Assembly: GCF_006345805.1 (NCBI RefSeq) | Contig: NC_042999.1 | Coordinates: 5,518,001 to 5,582,000, forward strand | DNA from: Octopus sinensis | Taxonomy: Eukaryota | DNA: 64,000 bases | Direction: 5' to 3' | In this document: positions 38,140-50,662 of the stretch, one piece after another | How the letters are laid out: every line of letters starts with the position of its first letter | Position numbering within the stretch: the stretch's first letter is position 1 | Program-made: the position numbers and the translations under genes | Notes under the pieces: generated by a model | What the model was told of the DNA's origin: nothing | Seen by the model: only the letters and a program-made list of their open reading frames with translations | Database searches by the model: none

Positions 38140-38540
38140 GTGAGGTGTATAGATCGTCATCATCATCATCATCGTTTAACATCCGCTTTCCATGCTAGCA
38201 TGGGTTGGACGATTTGACTGAGGACTGGCAAACCAGATGGCTGCACCAGGCTTCAATCTGATGCAGCCATCTGGTTCGCCAGTCCTCAGTCAAATCGTCC
38301 AACCCATGCTAGCATAGAAAGCGGACGTTAAACGTCTGCACCAGGCTTCAATCTGATGCAGCCATCTGGTTCACCAGTCCTCAGTCAAATCGTCCAACCC
38401 ATGCTAGCATGGAAAGCAGACATTAAACGTCTGCACCAGGCTCCAATCCCATGCAGCCATCTGGTTCACCAGTCCTCCATGCTAGCATGGAAAGCGGACA
38501 TTAAGCGATGATGATGATGATGATGATCTATGCACCTCAC
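38140..38540. repeat. Fold-back SINE palindrome with a tandemly repeated arm
   Basis: 73-bp stem (38173-38245 / 38262-38334, 3 mismatches), then two further tandem copies of the 95-bp unit; 16-bp flanks are also inverted. Confidence 0.9.
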
Positions 38541-40414
38541 ATAATATAAACTTGTTACCAGTTCAAATCTGTTTGAGACATATTCAAACCTGTAAAAAAA
38601 AAGGCTATTCACTGTATTTTGTCATGGAGAAAATTTCTCTCCTGTACACAAATAGGTGTAAGTACAGTGAGTCAGTTTGCAGCATGACCTGACCAGACTA
38701 TCTCCTCTACAGCAACAAGAGACTAGAAAGACAGATGCTGGGAAGTGACATGGAGGGACAGGTCCCTCTTGTGTTTTGGTCCACACTGTTAAGTGGTTGG
38801 CATTTGAAAGGGCGTCCAGCTGTAAAAACCATGCCAAAACTGACCTCGCTTGTGCTCGTGCCATGTAAAAAGCACTAAATCCACTCTACTGAGCAAATTC
38901 ACTCTACCAAAACAGTCACAGAAGACTGGTGTAGGCTTCTGCCAGGCTGGTTCTTGTCAAACCATCCCACCCATGGTAGCTTGGAAGGCAGACATTAAAC
39001 GACAAGCGAAAGGATTTAAGACAGGGAGATGGTAGTTTTGTAGTAAGGAAAGGGTATAAATGGGTTCTAACTGAAATCTTCTTCCTCCTTCGACTGTCTG
39101 TCATAGATCGATATTAGCTGATCTTGTACAGAAATCATCCCTGGCAGGTTCACATGCGGGCTACAAGGCCTGCTCTTAATCTGCAGCAGCAAGGATATAT
39201 GCGGCAGGTGAAACTACTTGACAATATGAAATGTCTAAAATGAACAATCAAAAATTGGATTAGGACATTGTGTCCACTGAGCTGATAGGATATTAGAAAA
39301 CAAATCACTGGCTGAGTCTACTTAGCTGTAATTAAGCACCACACAATAACAGTCTAATTGATACCAAAAATGGTCATTTCAGTCTTGACAAGAGTTCTGT
39401 TGGTTTTACAGTGAAGGGTTCAGTTTTTGTTTTCCCAAGAGATGTTGGGCCCCCAAGATCTCACCTGCTCAAGTCTACTTACAGCAGTCACCCACACGGA
39501 CCTGATGACAGAAGGACTTTCATCGTTTTATTCTTAGATTTTATGAAAATTTTCAACTTTACTGGCCCCGACTGGCCTCGTGCCGGTGACACATAAAAAG
39601 CACCATCCCGACTGGCCTCGTGCCGGTGGCACGTAAAAAGCACCATCCGTTCATGGCCGTTGCCAGCCTCGCCTGGCCCCCGTGCCGGTGGCACATAAAA
39701 AGCACCCACTACACTCATGGAGTGGTTGGCGTTAGGAAGGGCATCCAGCCATAGAAACATTGCCAGATCAGACTTGGTCTGGTGCAGCCTTCTGGCTTCC
39801 CAGACCCCAGTTGCACCGTCCAACCCATGCCAGCATGGAAAGCGGACGCTAAATGATGATGATGATGATATAAACTAAAGTTCTATTCGTTCTGCTTTCA
39901 GGATATGAGATTTCAGTAACAATAGTTTCATGTTAGGTGAAGTAAAATGCTGCTGAGTTTAGCATTTGTGAAAACAAACATGGAATAATACTGGCTGTTA
40001 TATAATAATAATAATAATAATAATAATTCTTTCTACTGGAAGCACAAGGCCTCAAATTTGCATAACTGGTACTTGTTTAATCGATCCCGAAAGGATGAAA
40101 GGCAAAGTCGACCCCGGCGGAATTTGAACTCAGAACGTAGCGGCAGACGAAATACCACTAAGCATTTCACCCAGCATGCTAATGATTCTACCAGCTCACC
40201 ACCTTAATAATAATAATCCTTTCTACTCAAGGCACAAGGCCTGAAATTTGGGGGCGAGGGGTTAAGTTGATGAGATCAATCTCAGTACTCAACCGGTACT
40301 TAATTTATCAAGGCAAAATCAACCCTAGCCGAACTTGAACTCAGAATGTAGCAACAGGAGAAATACCGCCAAGCATTTCACCAGGTATGCTAACAATTCT
40401 GCTAGCTCACCACC

Positions 40415-40450
<36 letters not shown>

Positions 40451-40646
40451 TCTATGTAATCTCAAGTTTTAAAACAAACAATTTTCGTATGTTTTTTTTT
40501 AGACATTCACTAGTACAACACTAAGTACATGGCACCCTAGGCATAACACCAACATGAACTTCCAACTTGTTGTCTCTTGAGGTCTATGGGTGAGACTTGG
40601 AGCCAGCTTGTGCAAATGTAAAGCAAAAGTCAAACATAGAATGATG

Positions 40647-40678
<32 letters not shown>

Positions 40679-41689
40679 CCTTTCTACTAAAGGCTTGAAA
40701 TTCACAAGTCCTTTTAGAGTTAGCTGCCCTTAACATTAATTGGTCTTCTTTGAATAAAGAAAAACTTATTGAGTCAAGCAGATTAAGGCAAGCATAACAA
40801 CAGTGGAAGGGCATAAAATACTGGCTAGCATTAAGTTTAAGACTCAGCACATAGACTCTATGACCACTTCATTACTACTACTACTACTGCTACTACTACT
40901 ACATAAAATAACAACAAAAATGCTATTTATAACACTGTGCTAAACTGGCATAATAAATAAAATATTGAAGATATTTGTAAATCCATGCTGTTATTAGACT
41001 GCAAAACAAGTAAGGCAGGTGATAAATAAAATAAAAATAATAATGTAAACCAAATAATGAAAGCAAAATATAAGATCCCTAGATTAAAATGCCACTTGCT
41101 TCAACACAAAAAAAACTGACTGAATTAAAAACCTTTTCTGAAATAAAAACATTTAAATTTATTTTAAAGCCATTTTATTTCTTCACATTCTAAACCAAAA
41201 TTAAAATTTAAAAAAAAAAGTTTTCTTCTACAGAAAGAAAAAGTTAAAATACCACTTGTCCATGCAGAAAATAAAAATATCAAAAGGCAGCTATAAAAAA
41301 CAACAAAAAACGGCTGAGGAGAGAGAAAGGAAAAGATGACATGCTAACACAATGAGGATCGCACATACTTCCAAAAGTTCAGAGTATAAATATAATCCAG
41401 CTGGCTGCAGGGAAAGAAAAAAACAAACAAAACAGTCTTGTTATTTACATAAAGTTAACGATTATTTCTACAGTGATTTCATTAAGATAAAAATTTTAAT
41501 AATTGCAGCGTGGATGGTGTTTATAAGCCATTTAAGAAACACACAAAAACCGTTAGATTCACTTCAACATTTAAATTTAATCTAAATTTGTCAAAATATT
41601 TTCGTTGCGTGAGAAGACCCGGCAAGACTAGTGAGACTATAACCCGTGGCCTCTACCTGGTATGTACCCACTCGACTTATACATACCTT

Positions 41690-42215
41690 TCCTTCTTGGG
41701 ACACAAAACTCCACTTGTGAAGACCCTTTGAGGCAAGTGAAAATCAAAATCAAACCAAATCAAATCAGATATCAGAAAGCAGAACCAAAATCGAAGTCGA
41801 TCAACGTCAATGGAAATTGCAGCTGTGATACCAGTGCTGGTGACAAGTAAGCGAACCATCCGATCGGGGCCGTTGCCAGCGCTGCCCCAACTGGCCTCCG
41901 TGCCGGTGGCACGTAAATAGCACCATCCGTTCGTGGCCGTTTCCAGCCTCGCCTGGCCCCCGTGCCGGTGGCACGTAAAAAGCACCATCCGTCCGTGGCC
42001 GTTTGCTAGCTCCGTCTGGCACCTGTGCGGGTGGCACGTAAAAAGCACCCACTACACTCACGGAGTGGTTGGTGTTAGGAAGGGCATCCAGCCGTAGAAA
42101 CACTGCCAGATCAGACTGGGCCTGATGCAGCCTTCTGACTTCACAGACCCCAGTTGAACCGTCCAACCCATGCTAGCATGGAAAGCGGACGCTAAATGAT
42201 GATGATGATGATGAG
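41690..42215 (+). mobile_element. Family-A SINE-like retroposon with (GAT)n tail and a variable internal array of about 60-bp subrepeats; about 35 copies or fragments in the window, both orientations
   Basis: Shared end ...CCATGCTAGCATGGAAAGCGGACGTTAAACGATGATGAT. Other copies include 9130-9305, 9355-9710, 10177-10670, 11895-12212, 12415-12670, 15421-15815, 24520-24735, 25250-25630, 29806-30066, 31720-32180, 34170-34560, 39560-39870, 54350-54860, 57610-58140, 60705-60990, 62340-62675. Confidence 0.9.
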
Positions 42216-44376
42216 ACAGCAACATCTTTTAATTTTGACTCTAAATCTTCAGGAGAAGTTACCTCAATCCTTTATATATTAATAATAATAATAATCCTTT
42301 CTACTAAAGGCTTGAAATTTACAAGTCCTTTTAGAGTTAGTGATGAAAATATTTTGACAAATTAAATTTAGATTAAATTTAAATGTTGAAGTGAATCTAA
42401 CGGTTTTTTGTGTGTTTCTTAAATGGCTTATAAACACCTTCCACGCTGCAATTGTTTTCGTTCCAAAACACGATCTCAGATCAAGTCACTTGCTATGCAA
42501 GTACATCTCCAAAAATTTTACTGTAATCATAAAAGTGAGTCTGTCATTAATCTGTAGAGAAATTAATCAAAGATATTTTCTAAATTTGGTCATCCCATAC
42601 TCTATCACTCTGGCACTGCTGCAATATATGTTGACACTGAAGTAAGATGAAGGGGGTTTCAGCAGAGTGACCCTTGAATGCAATTCTTCCCAGAGAGACA
42701 AATATGTTCCACCACAGGCAAGACAATGTCTCTTGGTTAACACTGAGAGAGCCAGAAAAAAAAAAGGCTCCAACACCCTTCACTTCCAGTACCAAACACG
42801 TCGAGGACAATCTCTCTCTCCTCGTGTGTGTAGACACAGGAGTGGTAAAATGCCTGCTTCCAAACCACATGGTTCCAGGTTCAGTCTCACGGCATGGCAC
42901 CTTGGGCAAGCGTCTTCTACTATAGCCTCAGGCTGACCAAAGCCTTATGAGTGGATTTGGTAGACAGAAACTGAAAGAAGTTTGTCATGTGTGTAAAATT
43001 GTGGGAATATACAGTGACAGACCCTGCTCATTAACCAACAGAAATCTATCTCTGAGCTAACAATATTATCGATATTTTCATTTTGCAATATGGGGATTAA
43101 ATCAGAAAATACTTGAACATAGCCTCAAAGCTAATGACTTCATTTATCTTAAATCAAAAAAAATCCTTGCTTCTGAACCTTATATTTTATTTCAGGGTTG
43201 TTCATTTTAAGCTTCTCTAAGCATAACACTTTGGATGTTAACGAGAGACAATACTGACAACAAGAATATGATCAGTAAATTGAGAGAAATTGTAAAGTGT
43301 CGAAGTAAGTGTTTGGAAATATTATTTTGTCTATGTTCTGAGTTCAAATCACAGCAGGGTCAACCATACCTTTCACTTTCCAGATTGAGAAAATAAGCTT
43401 TACTAATATTTTGGAATCAAGTCAATTAAGAAGCCCCTATTCGAATTGACTTTTTTTCCTACACCAGCATCCGACTAAACTAAATCCTGATACTAATTTC
43501 AGTGAGAAATTTAATATAAATTTGCGAATAACTAAGCAGCACTTCTCTTTGATATATATCCTGTGTTATTTGTAGAGTAAAACCACACATCATCATCGTC
43601 CCCGCTTTCCATGCTAGCATGGGTTGGATGATTTTGACTGAGGACTGGCAAACCAGATGGCTGCACCAGGCTCCAATCTTGATCTGGCAGAGTTTCTACA
43701 GCTGGATGCCCTTTCTAATGCCATCCACTCTGAGAGTGTAGTGGATGCTTTTTACGTGCCACCGGCACAGGGCCAGTCAGGCGGTACTGGCAATGACCTC
43801 GCTCGAATCTTTTTACACATGTCACCGGCACAGGTGCCAGTAAGGCAACGTTGGTAACGATGGCGACATTGGTCTGGAATCAATTCTGTTGAAATTCTAT
43901 ATATCATAGCAATGAGGTTTTACTGTCATACAGCGACCAGTCTTCTACACTGCTGAGTTCCAATAGAACGAAATCCAGTGACATGGACATCCTGACACCC
44001 ATGGCAGACGAATTTCAATTGGCTTCGATCTATACGTGTGATTTTATGCATCAAATGCCTACAGGATCTCTCAAGGCTAAAAACGCAGTATTCGGTATTC
44101 TAACAAGGCATCCATGTTAAGTTGGATACAAAGACTACCTTTTGATATTAATACCACTTGTGTTGTAAATAATTAACTGAAATTTAAGTAAACGAACATC
44201 ACTGTAAATGATGATTAAGAGATGCCTAATGACCTCTCATTTACAACTAAGTTAATTTGTCATACAAACTTAAAATTCTTTATCACTTTATCAAAACTTT
44301 TAGAGAGTTCCCAGATTTCTTCATCTTTATACTTTGGGAAAGACAGACAGAAAATCAAACCCCTCAAACCACTCAC

Positions 44377-44475
44377 CTCACTGAAGGTTCGACTCATATT
44401 TTGGTTGGAAATAATTGGTGACGTAGTGTCTCTGTTCAAGTAATCTCCCCTTGTATAATGCATTCGGTCTTGAGG
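44377..44475 (-). CDS. SNX17: SNX17 exon (C-terminal tail)
   Basis: cttctag|; PQDRMHYTRGDYLNRDTTSPIISNQNMSRTFSE; donor gtgagt; 99 nt, phase 0. Confidence 0.82.
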
Positions 44476-44851
44476 CTAGAAGTGGCGGGGAACAAAAGAT
44501 ATTACATCTTAAAACTTGAATAATATGCAGCATTATATTCTATATTAAAACAATGACACACAACATGCATTGTGCAAAGCCCGTGTAACCCCACATGGGA
44601 TTTTTGTGCAGCTTTTGATAAATCTACAAGTAATAACCATCCTGAAAAATAATTAATGGATAACTTGCTAGAAACAATGAAGAATAAAGGCATTCTATGG
44701 ATGAATACAAATTTGAAAATTCCTCTCCTCTATCCCTTAGTCAAGATGTGTTATTAATTAAAGGCAAAAAGTCGGAGTTGGAAGGGATGGTCTACTGACA
44801 CAGACCATATCTAGTTGTAAATTTACCAACAGAAAACAAGGTTGAACTTAC

Positions 44852-44929
44852 TTTTTTAATTTTTTTCCCTTTTTTCTTTCTTACTAATTCATCCACCATT
44901 CCTTCCAAACACATGCTAATTAGGATTGC
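44852..44929 (-). CDS. SNX17: SNX17 exon (end of FERM-like domain)
   Basis: AILISMCLEGMVDELVRKKKGKKIKK; donor gtaagt; 78 nt. Confidence 0.95.
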
Positions 44930-45068
44930 CTGGAAACAAAAAAAGGAAAGAAAAGGCATGCATCAATAAGAACCAAATAGCGAAAGTTCAACGGAAATAG
45001 TTTATGGTTGTAGTTAGTCCACATTATTCCCTGAGAAACGTAAGGCTGGTTTTTTGGTTTCTCTGGTG

Positions 45069-45286
45069 CAGTGGTTTTCAACCAGGGTTCCGCGGAACCT
45101 TAGGGTTCCGCCAGTACAGTCCAGGGGTTCCGCAAGAAGTTACAAAACTGCTAAAATCGGCAGTAATTTTTAATTCTCCTGTGCAGATATGTGTGCATAA
45201 GACTATTAAATTATTGCACAGGGGTTCCCCGAGCCAGTGGAATGTTTCCTTGGGTTCCGCTCCAGCAAAAAGTTTGAAAAGCACTG
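45069..45286. mobile_element. hAT-type MITE with perfect 8-bp TSD
   Basis: CAGTGGTTTTCAA / TTGAAAAGCACTG termini; TSD CTCTGGTG at 45061-45068 and 45287-45294. Confidence 0.9.
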
Positions 45287-45781
45287 CTCTGGTGTATATA
45301 TACCTTCTTGGATGCTGATCCATTGCAGGATTACTCATTTTTGCCAGCTGAGTGGACTGGAGCAATGTGAAATGAAGTGTTTTGCTCAAGAACACAATGC
45401 TTCACCTGGTCCAGGAATTGAAACCACAATCTTACAATCATGAGTGCAACAGCCGTAACCACAAAACCCTACTCACTTCTGATAATCGGTTAGGGTATAA
45501 GGATATACACAAAAAGGCTAAAGAAATTGAATGGAGTCAGGATTGAAACTGAGGATTGTAGAGTTTTGGTATTTGGGAATAAGAAAAGTAGGTTCAGTTT
45601 GAATTCTAAAGAATTTGGTAAAAATAATGAAGTTAACATTGAAGGAAGATTTGACAATAAAACTGACAATTAACTCTAAAATAGTAAAAACTAATAATAT
45701 TGCTTCCTAAATACTAAGCCATATGCCTTCACAAAACAAAACAAAAAAAAACTTAATGAAATATTAAATCAAGTGTGTTAC

Positions 45782-45895
45782 CTGATCACTTTTGATGTTA
45801 ATCCATTGAAGCTTATCTCTGGATAGCTGATACTCAAACGATATTTCCAATTGTGGCTTCAGGTCCTTTTTACTACAATTATCTCTGTCAGCATA
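45782..45895 (-). CDS. SNX17: SNX17 exon (F3)
   Basis: YADRDNCSKKDLKPQLEISFEYQLSRDKLQWINIKSDQ; AG/GT boundaries; 114 nt. Confidence 0.94.
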
Positions 45896-46216
45896 CTAAA
45901 ATAGAAACAGAACCAATATGATGGAACATTGGAATACATTTCGCCACCATTGCTTGCCACCCACCGACCTGTCTCACAGCTCTGTTTCGACTTAATAAAT
46001 CAAGCCTTTCTTAGCAGAATACACAACCCAACAAACAATGACAAAGTTAAATCATACCAATTCCTTTTTAGGTCTATTTGCCATGCTGACAAACAATGGA
46101 TGCTATGATGATGGTCTGAGAATATAACCCAACAGAAATCAGAACCATTCCCCAGGAACAAGCGATGAAATCTACAATGCATCATGTCAGTTTGTTGGTT
46201 TCAAATTGTCTACAAC

Positions 46217-46610
46217 AGGCGCAGGAGTGGCTGTGTGGTAAGTAGCTTGCTAACCAACCTCATGGTTCCGGGTTCAGTCCCACTGCGTGGCATCTTGGGC
46301 AAGTGTCTTCTGCTATAGCCCCAGGCCGACCAATGCCTTGTGAGTGGATTTGGTAGACGGAAACTGAAAGAAGCTTGTCGTATATATGTATATATATATA
46401 TATGTGTGTGTGTGTTTGTCCCCCTAGCATTGCTTGACAACCGAAGCTGGTGTGTTTACGTCCCCGTCACTTAGCGGTTCGGCAAAAGAGACCGGTAGAA
46501 TAAGTACTGGGCTTACAAAGAATAAGTCCCGGGGTCGATTTGCTCGACTAAAGGCGGTGCTCCAGCATGGCCGCAGTCAAATGACTGAAACAAGTAAAAG
46601 AGTAAAAAAA
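46217..46610 (+). mobile_element. Family-B tRNA-derived SINE (about 400 bp, central TA/TG microsatellite); about 17 copies
   Basis: A-box TGGCTGTGTGG, B-box GGTTCAGTCC. Copies at about 345-575, 1900-2050, 3440-3880, 12775-13158, 14520-15130, 22605-22995, 34820-35330, 53515-53880, 55905-56310, 59495-60335, 63920-64000. Confidence 0.9.
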
Positions 46611-46717
46611 GAGAGAGAGTAACACAAACTAACAACACAAGCTACTGCAATAATTAAATAAACATAGATGTGATTAAGTCCTACTTTAATTTAAAGATAT
46701 AGAAGAGATCATCTTAC

Positions 46718-46780
46718 TATTGTCGTGATTCTCCAGCATCTCATTCGGGTGATTTTGAAAGAGCCTTCTTTGTATTGGTC
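46718..46780 (-). CDS. SNX17: SNX17 exon (F3)
   Basis: DQYKEGSFKITRMRCWRITTI, matching the EGSFRVTRMRCWRVT motif; donor gtaaga; 63 nt. Confidence 0.95.
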
Positions 46781-48518
46781 CTAGAATTCAAGAAAATAGT
46801 ATAGAAAGAAATAAGAAACAGTTCCTATTGCATAGGAAATATCGTTCATAAAACATATATGAAAAGGTTTATTCATCAGATGACTTTGTAAATTATCACT
46901 TCCTAACAGCTCTTGTACTATTAACTTCCAAGTTTGACAGGAGCTGGCAAGGAGCTGGCAAAGCAAGGAGCTGGGCAAAGCCAGGAGCTGCACAAGGTTC
47001 CACTGTCTGTTTTGGAATGATTTCTACAAGTGGACGCTCTTCCTAATGCCAACCACTTTACAGAGTGTAACGGCTGCTATTTACACAACACCAGCACCAG
47101 TGCTTTTCCCATGGCACCAGCACCAGCAGGGTCACCAAGTATCTTGCAAGACAAAAGCCTCTCAGCTGGGAGATGGAGAGAGGGGAGAGTAATACTGAAC
47201 AGGTGTGGCTTTGTGCCAGTTGAGCTATCTAAAGTATAGAAGGGACAGAGGTAGGTGCCTTGCTGGAGAGTAGATTCATGGATACCCCAGTTGGAAAGCA
47301 AAGGAGAGATGGAGAAGTAAGATAATGAGAATACTAGTAAGAGAGAGATGAGGGTGGAGCTGAAAATATATGTACATTTAGTACATCGGGACAAAAATAA
47401 ATAACATCAGTTTAATAACATTTTATTCATTATTCCCATTTCTGAACACTTAACCATTTTGCAGTTAGACCAGCCATATCAGAGCCAAATATTCTACCCG
47501 TTTTATGTCCAAACTGGTCAGATCTGGTCTCTCACACCTTCCCTACAATGTTACTCTAGGAATAAACAATAACAGTATCAAAATTTCAAAGCTAAAATGC
47601 ATGATTAATTCAAAACAATATGAATAGATAAGCCATACCTTTAACAGAGTAATTATGCACACAAAAGAGTTTAACATATTCCTCCAAAATCCAGCACAAT
47701 TCATCATCCATCACCCAGTGTTTTAAATCCGGGTTTTGTCCCCGTTAATAGGGATGGACAGATCTACCTCAATGCCCCAGCAACTGAGGTAGGCAGATGC
47801 AGTCCACTCCAAACTTTGGGCTGGTTGGTGCCCATTCTCTTTTGCTATCATGAGGCTTTTTTGGAGTTGGATTTTCTATGGGGAGCATGCCCTTGATTAC
47901 CCACCAACCTCAGTTTCTAGACATGAATGGTCCCGAGACCAAGGCCCCTACTACAATTTTTAAGAAGTGTGGTGGGGAAACTAGCTCAGGAAGGTAGGGA
48001 CATCCTCTTTCCCTGGGTTTATTGGCTTGCGAGCCACATGGTGTCCTCAGTAGTGCCAATGACACAAAGAGAGCACAGGAGGGGACTCCAGCCATAGAAA
48101 CCATGCCAAAGCAAATATTGGAGCATGATGCAGTCCTTCAGCTCATCAGATCCTGTCAAACTGTCCAACCCAAGCCAGCATGAATAATTGATGTTAAATA
48201 ATGATGATGATGATGAAGACCAACGTCCATAATGATGAATTTGATGGGGGAAACCCTGTCTAAAGCAGGACTCAATGATGCATGAAACCAAAGTTGAATC
48301 AAAGACAACAGGTTTATGTCACAAACATTGGAGCTGAACAAAGAGTGATGTCCAGCTCACATAGATGAACGGTCACCAAATGTAATGCTATCACCAAATT
48401 TGTAAATACTTCAAATTAAATGAACTCTACTCTAAAAAACTCTAATAAATAAAATTAACGAATTACAAGAAACACACAGCGATAGATATGAAAGATGATA
48501 ATATTGAATTCAACAAAC

Positions 48519-48659
48519 CTTGCCTGTCTGGATTCTGAAATTTAACTCTTCATTTCCCACAGCAATCAAAACATTGGTTTTCTTTTCAGGGTAATCTGTT
48601 ATGCATGGCCGGAAGTGCATGTAACCATAGTATTTTAGGGTGCGGACAAACTGTAAATA
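48519..48659 (-). CDS. SNX17: SNX17 exon (F3, PTB-like)
   Basis: YLQFVRTLKYYGYMHFRPCITDYPEKKTNVLIAVGNEELNFRIQTGK; donor gtttgt; 141 nt. Confidence 0.94.
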
Positions 48660-48901
48660 CTGCAAACAGGAATTAAAGAGTGATCACTTTGCAATATAGA
48701 AAATACCGACAGAGTAAGAATGATTTTTTTTTTTTAGTTTAGTGAAAATTAGTAAACAGAAAATTGTAGAAATGTTCGAAATGACAATGTTAGAGATCAG
48801 ATGCATCCAGCTAAAAGGCAAAACAATTCTGTAAAAATATATTTATGACAGACATGGCTTTGTGGATCAGCTGCAAAAGTTTAGGGAAGATACGATAGCT
48901 T

Positions 48902-49176
48902 GGAAGACAAGCATGACGGCCTGGTGGACAGGCATGACAGCCTGGTGGACAGGCATAGCGGACTGGTGGACAGGCATAGCGGCCTAGTGGACAGGCATGA
49001 TGGCCTGGTGGACAGGCATGACGGCCAGGTGGACAGGCATGACGGTCTGGTGGACAGGCATGAGGGCCTGGTGGACAGACATGATGGCCTGGTCAACAGA
49101 CATGATGGCCTGGTGGACAGGCATGATGGTCTGGTGGACAGGCACGACGGCCTGGTGGACAGGCATGACGGCCTGA
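48902..49176 (+). repeat. 21-bp minisatellite, 13 units (GTGGACAGGCATGACGGCCTG)
   Basis: Directly visible tandem array; no indels between units. Confidence 0.95.
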
Positions 49177-49554
49177 TGGAATGCTACAGATGGCTGATGG
49201 TGGGTGTTGTTGTAGAGAGGAGCTGAAAAAACATGGAGACTGACTGAGGAACAACACTTTAGTGGTGAAAAACTAGGTACGAGTGGGTTTCATCAAATTC
49301 GGCAAAGTTGGGGGAAATCTTCGGGACAGATGAGAATGCAGGGGTGCAATATGAAGTGGTGAAATTCATGGACTGTGAGTTGCACAAAGGTAGTTTTTGC
49401 CACCAAAATGTTCTCTTGTATAAATTGCATTTCCAATTAAATTTAACCCTGATGGTATCAGCCAACAACAAAATCCTCTCTGTCTCATCACAAACTGTGG
49501 CAGGGATTGTACAGCAGCAGCAGTAGTACCATCAATGAGAAATTATTAAAAAAA

Positions 49555-50400
49555 ATAATAATAATAATAATAATAAATAAAATTATTGTGTATAGTGCTC
49601 AGGTGTACTACAACTCATCAAAGGTGCATAGAATTACAGAGTACATAGAATTATGTACAAAAGTCAGGAAAGTGGCCAGTGTATGAGGAGTCATGATATA
49701 CATGTCTGCATGTGTATGGAGGTGGGGGGATATCAGGTGTAGTGTTGGTGAATTTCATGAAGCATGGAGGGTTTTAAAGGATGCAATGTTTTGGCAACTA
49801 ACAACTGACACAGGTAGTTTATTCCATATTTCAGCAACTCTGAGTTTGAAAAAATGTTTCTGAAAGTCATGGGGGCTGAGCTGTTTACTGACTTTGTAGA
49901 CATGCCCATGTGTGTTAGACACCTTGTTGTGGCGGACACTCCCAAGTGAGAAGTGAGCTGTTCCACTACTGATAAATAGTGGACAGACACAACAAACAGT
50001 GTCAGTTGGCGAGGTACACCGTATGGGCCAATCATGCAGACGATGATTATGTCATCATAATATGAAACATATCACACCTGGAATTCAAAAAGGTGGTTGT
50101 TGGCACATCATCATCATCGTTTAACGTCCGTTTTCCATGCTAGCATGGGTTGGATGGTTCGACCAGGGTCTGGGAAGCCAGGAGGCTGCACCAGGCTCCA
50201 GTCTGATCTGGCAGTGTTTCTGGATGCCCTTCCTAATGCCAACCACTCCGTGAGTGTAGTGGGTGCTTTTTACGTGCCACCGGCACAGGTGCCAGGCGAG
50301 ACTTGCAACAGCCACGATTGGTTGGTGCTTTTTACGTGCCACCGGCACAATGGTTAATAATTTTGTGGGTGTTTACCAAGTCAGTTGCCAGACATTCCGT
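49555..50400 (-). mobile_element. Older 3' fragment of the same CR1-type family with 3'UTR and (TAT)n tail, interrupted by an unrelated segment and a SINE (50105-50350)
   Basis: 49733-49920 aligns to 19219-19430; 50352-50393 aligns to 19471-19513. Confidence 0.8.
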
Positions 50401-50569
50401 AACCAATATGATGTAGAAGATCATGTCTAGATGGAGTGTTACCAGCATTTCTGACTGTCCACGGCATCAGAAATCAAACAGAGGCTATGGAACAAATAAA
50501 AATGTACTCACTCATCGCAATGATAATAGGGTTGAATTTTTTTAATTTAGTAAGTGTATGGAAACTTAC

Positions 50570-50662
50570 ATCTTTTTTTGATCCTTTTTGCTGTAATGCT
50601 GATAGTTGTAAAAATTGGTCTTTTGTGGCTATAATCCATTGCTGTTCAATATCGTTTACTGC
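50570..50662 (-). CDS. SNX17: SNX17 exon
   Basis: ttttcag|; AVNDIEQQWIIATKDQFLQLSALQQKGSKKD; donor gtaagt; 93 nt. Confidence 0.94.

Noticed and set aside
39068-39182. Minus-strand open stretch IKSRPCSPHVNLPG...EEEDFS* after a CAG
   Set aside because: Weak pyrimidine tract and no similarity to SNX17 tails; the true terminal exon is at 31476-31580.
41830-42060. CRISPR-like repeat/spacer look of the GTGCCGGTGGCACGTAAAAAGCACC units
   Set aside because: The intervening segments resemble each other and recur in all SINE copies; this is an internal tandem array in a eukaryotic retroposon with no cas genes.
49921-50035. GVPRQ motif suggesting an RT GVPQG segment
   Set aside because: The surrounding residues do not fit RT; the segment is left unassigned.
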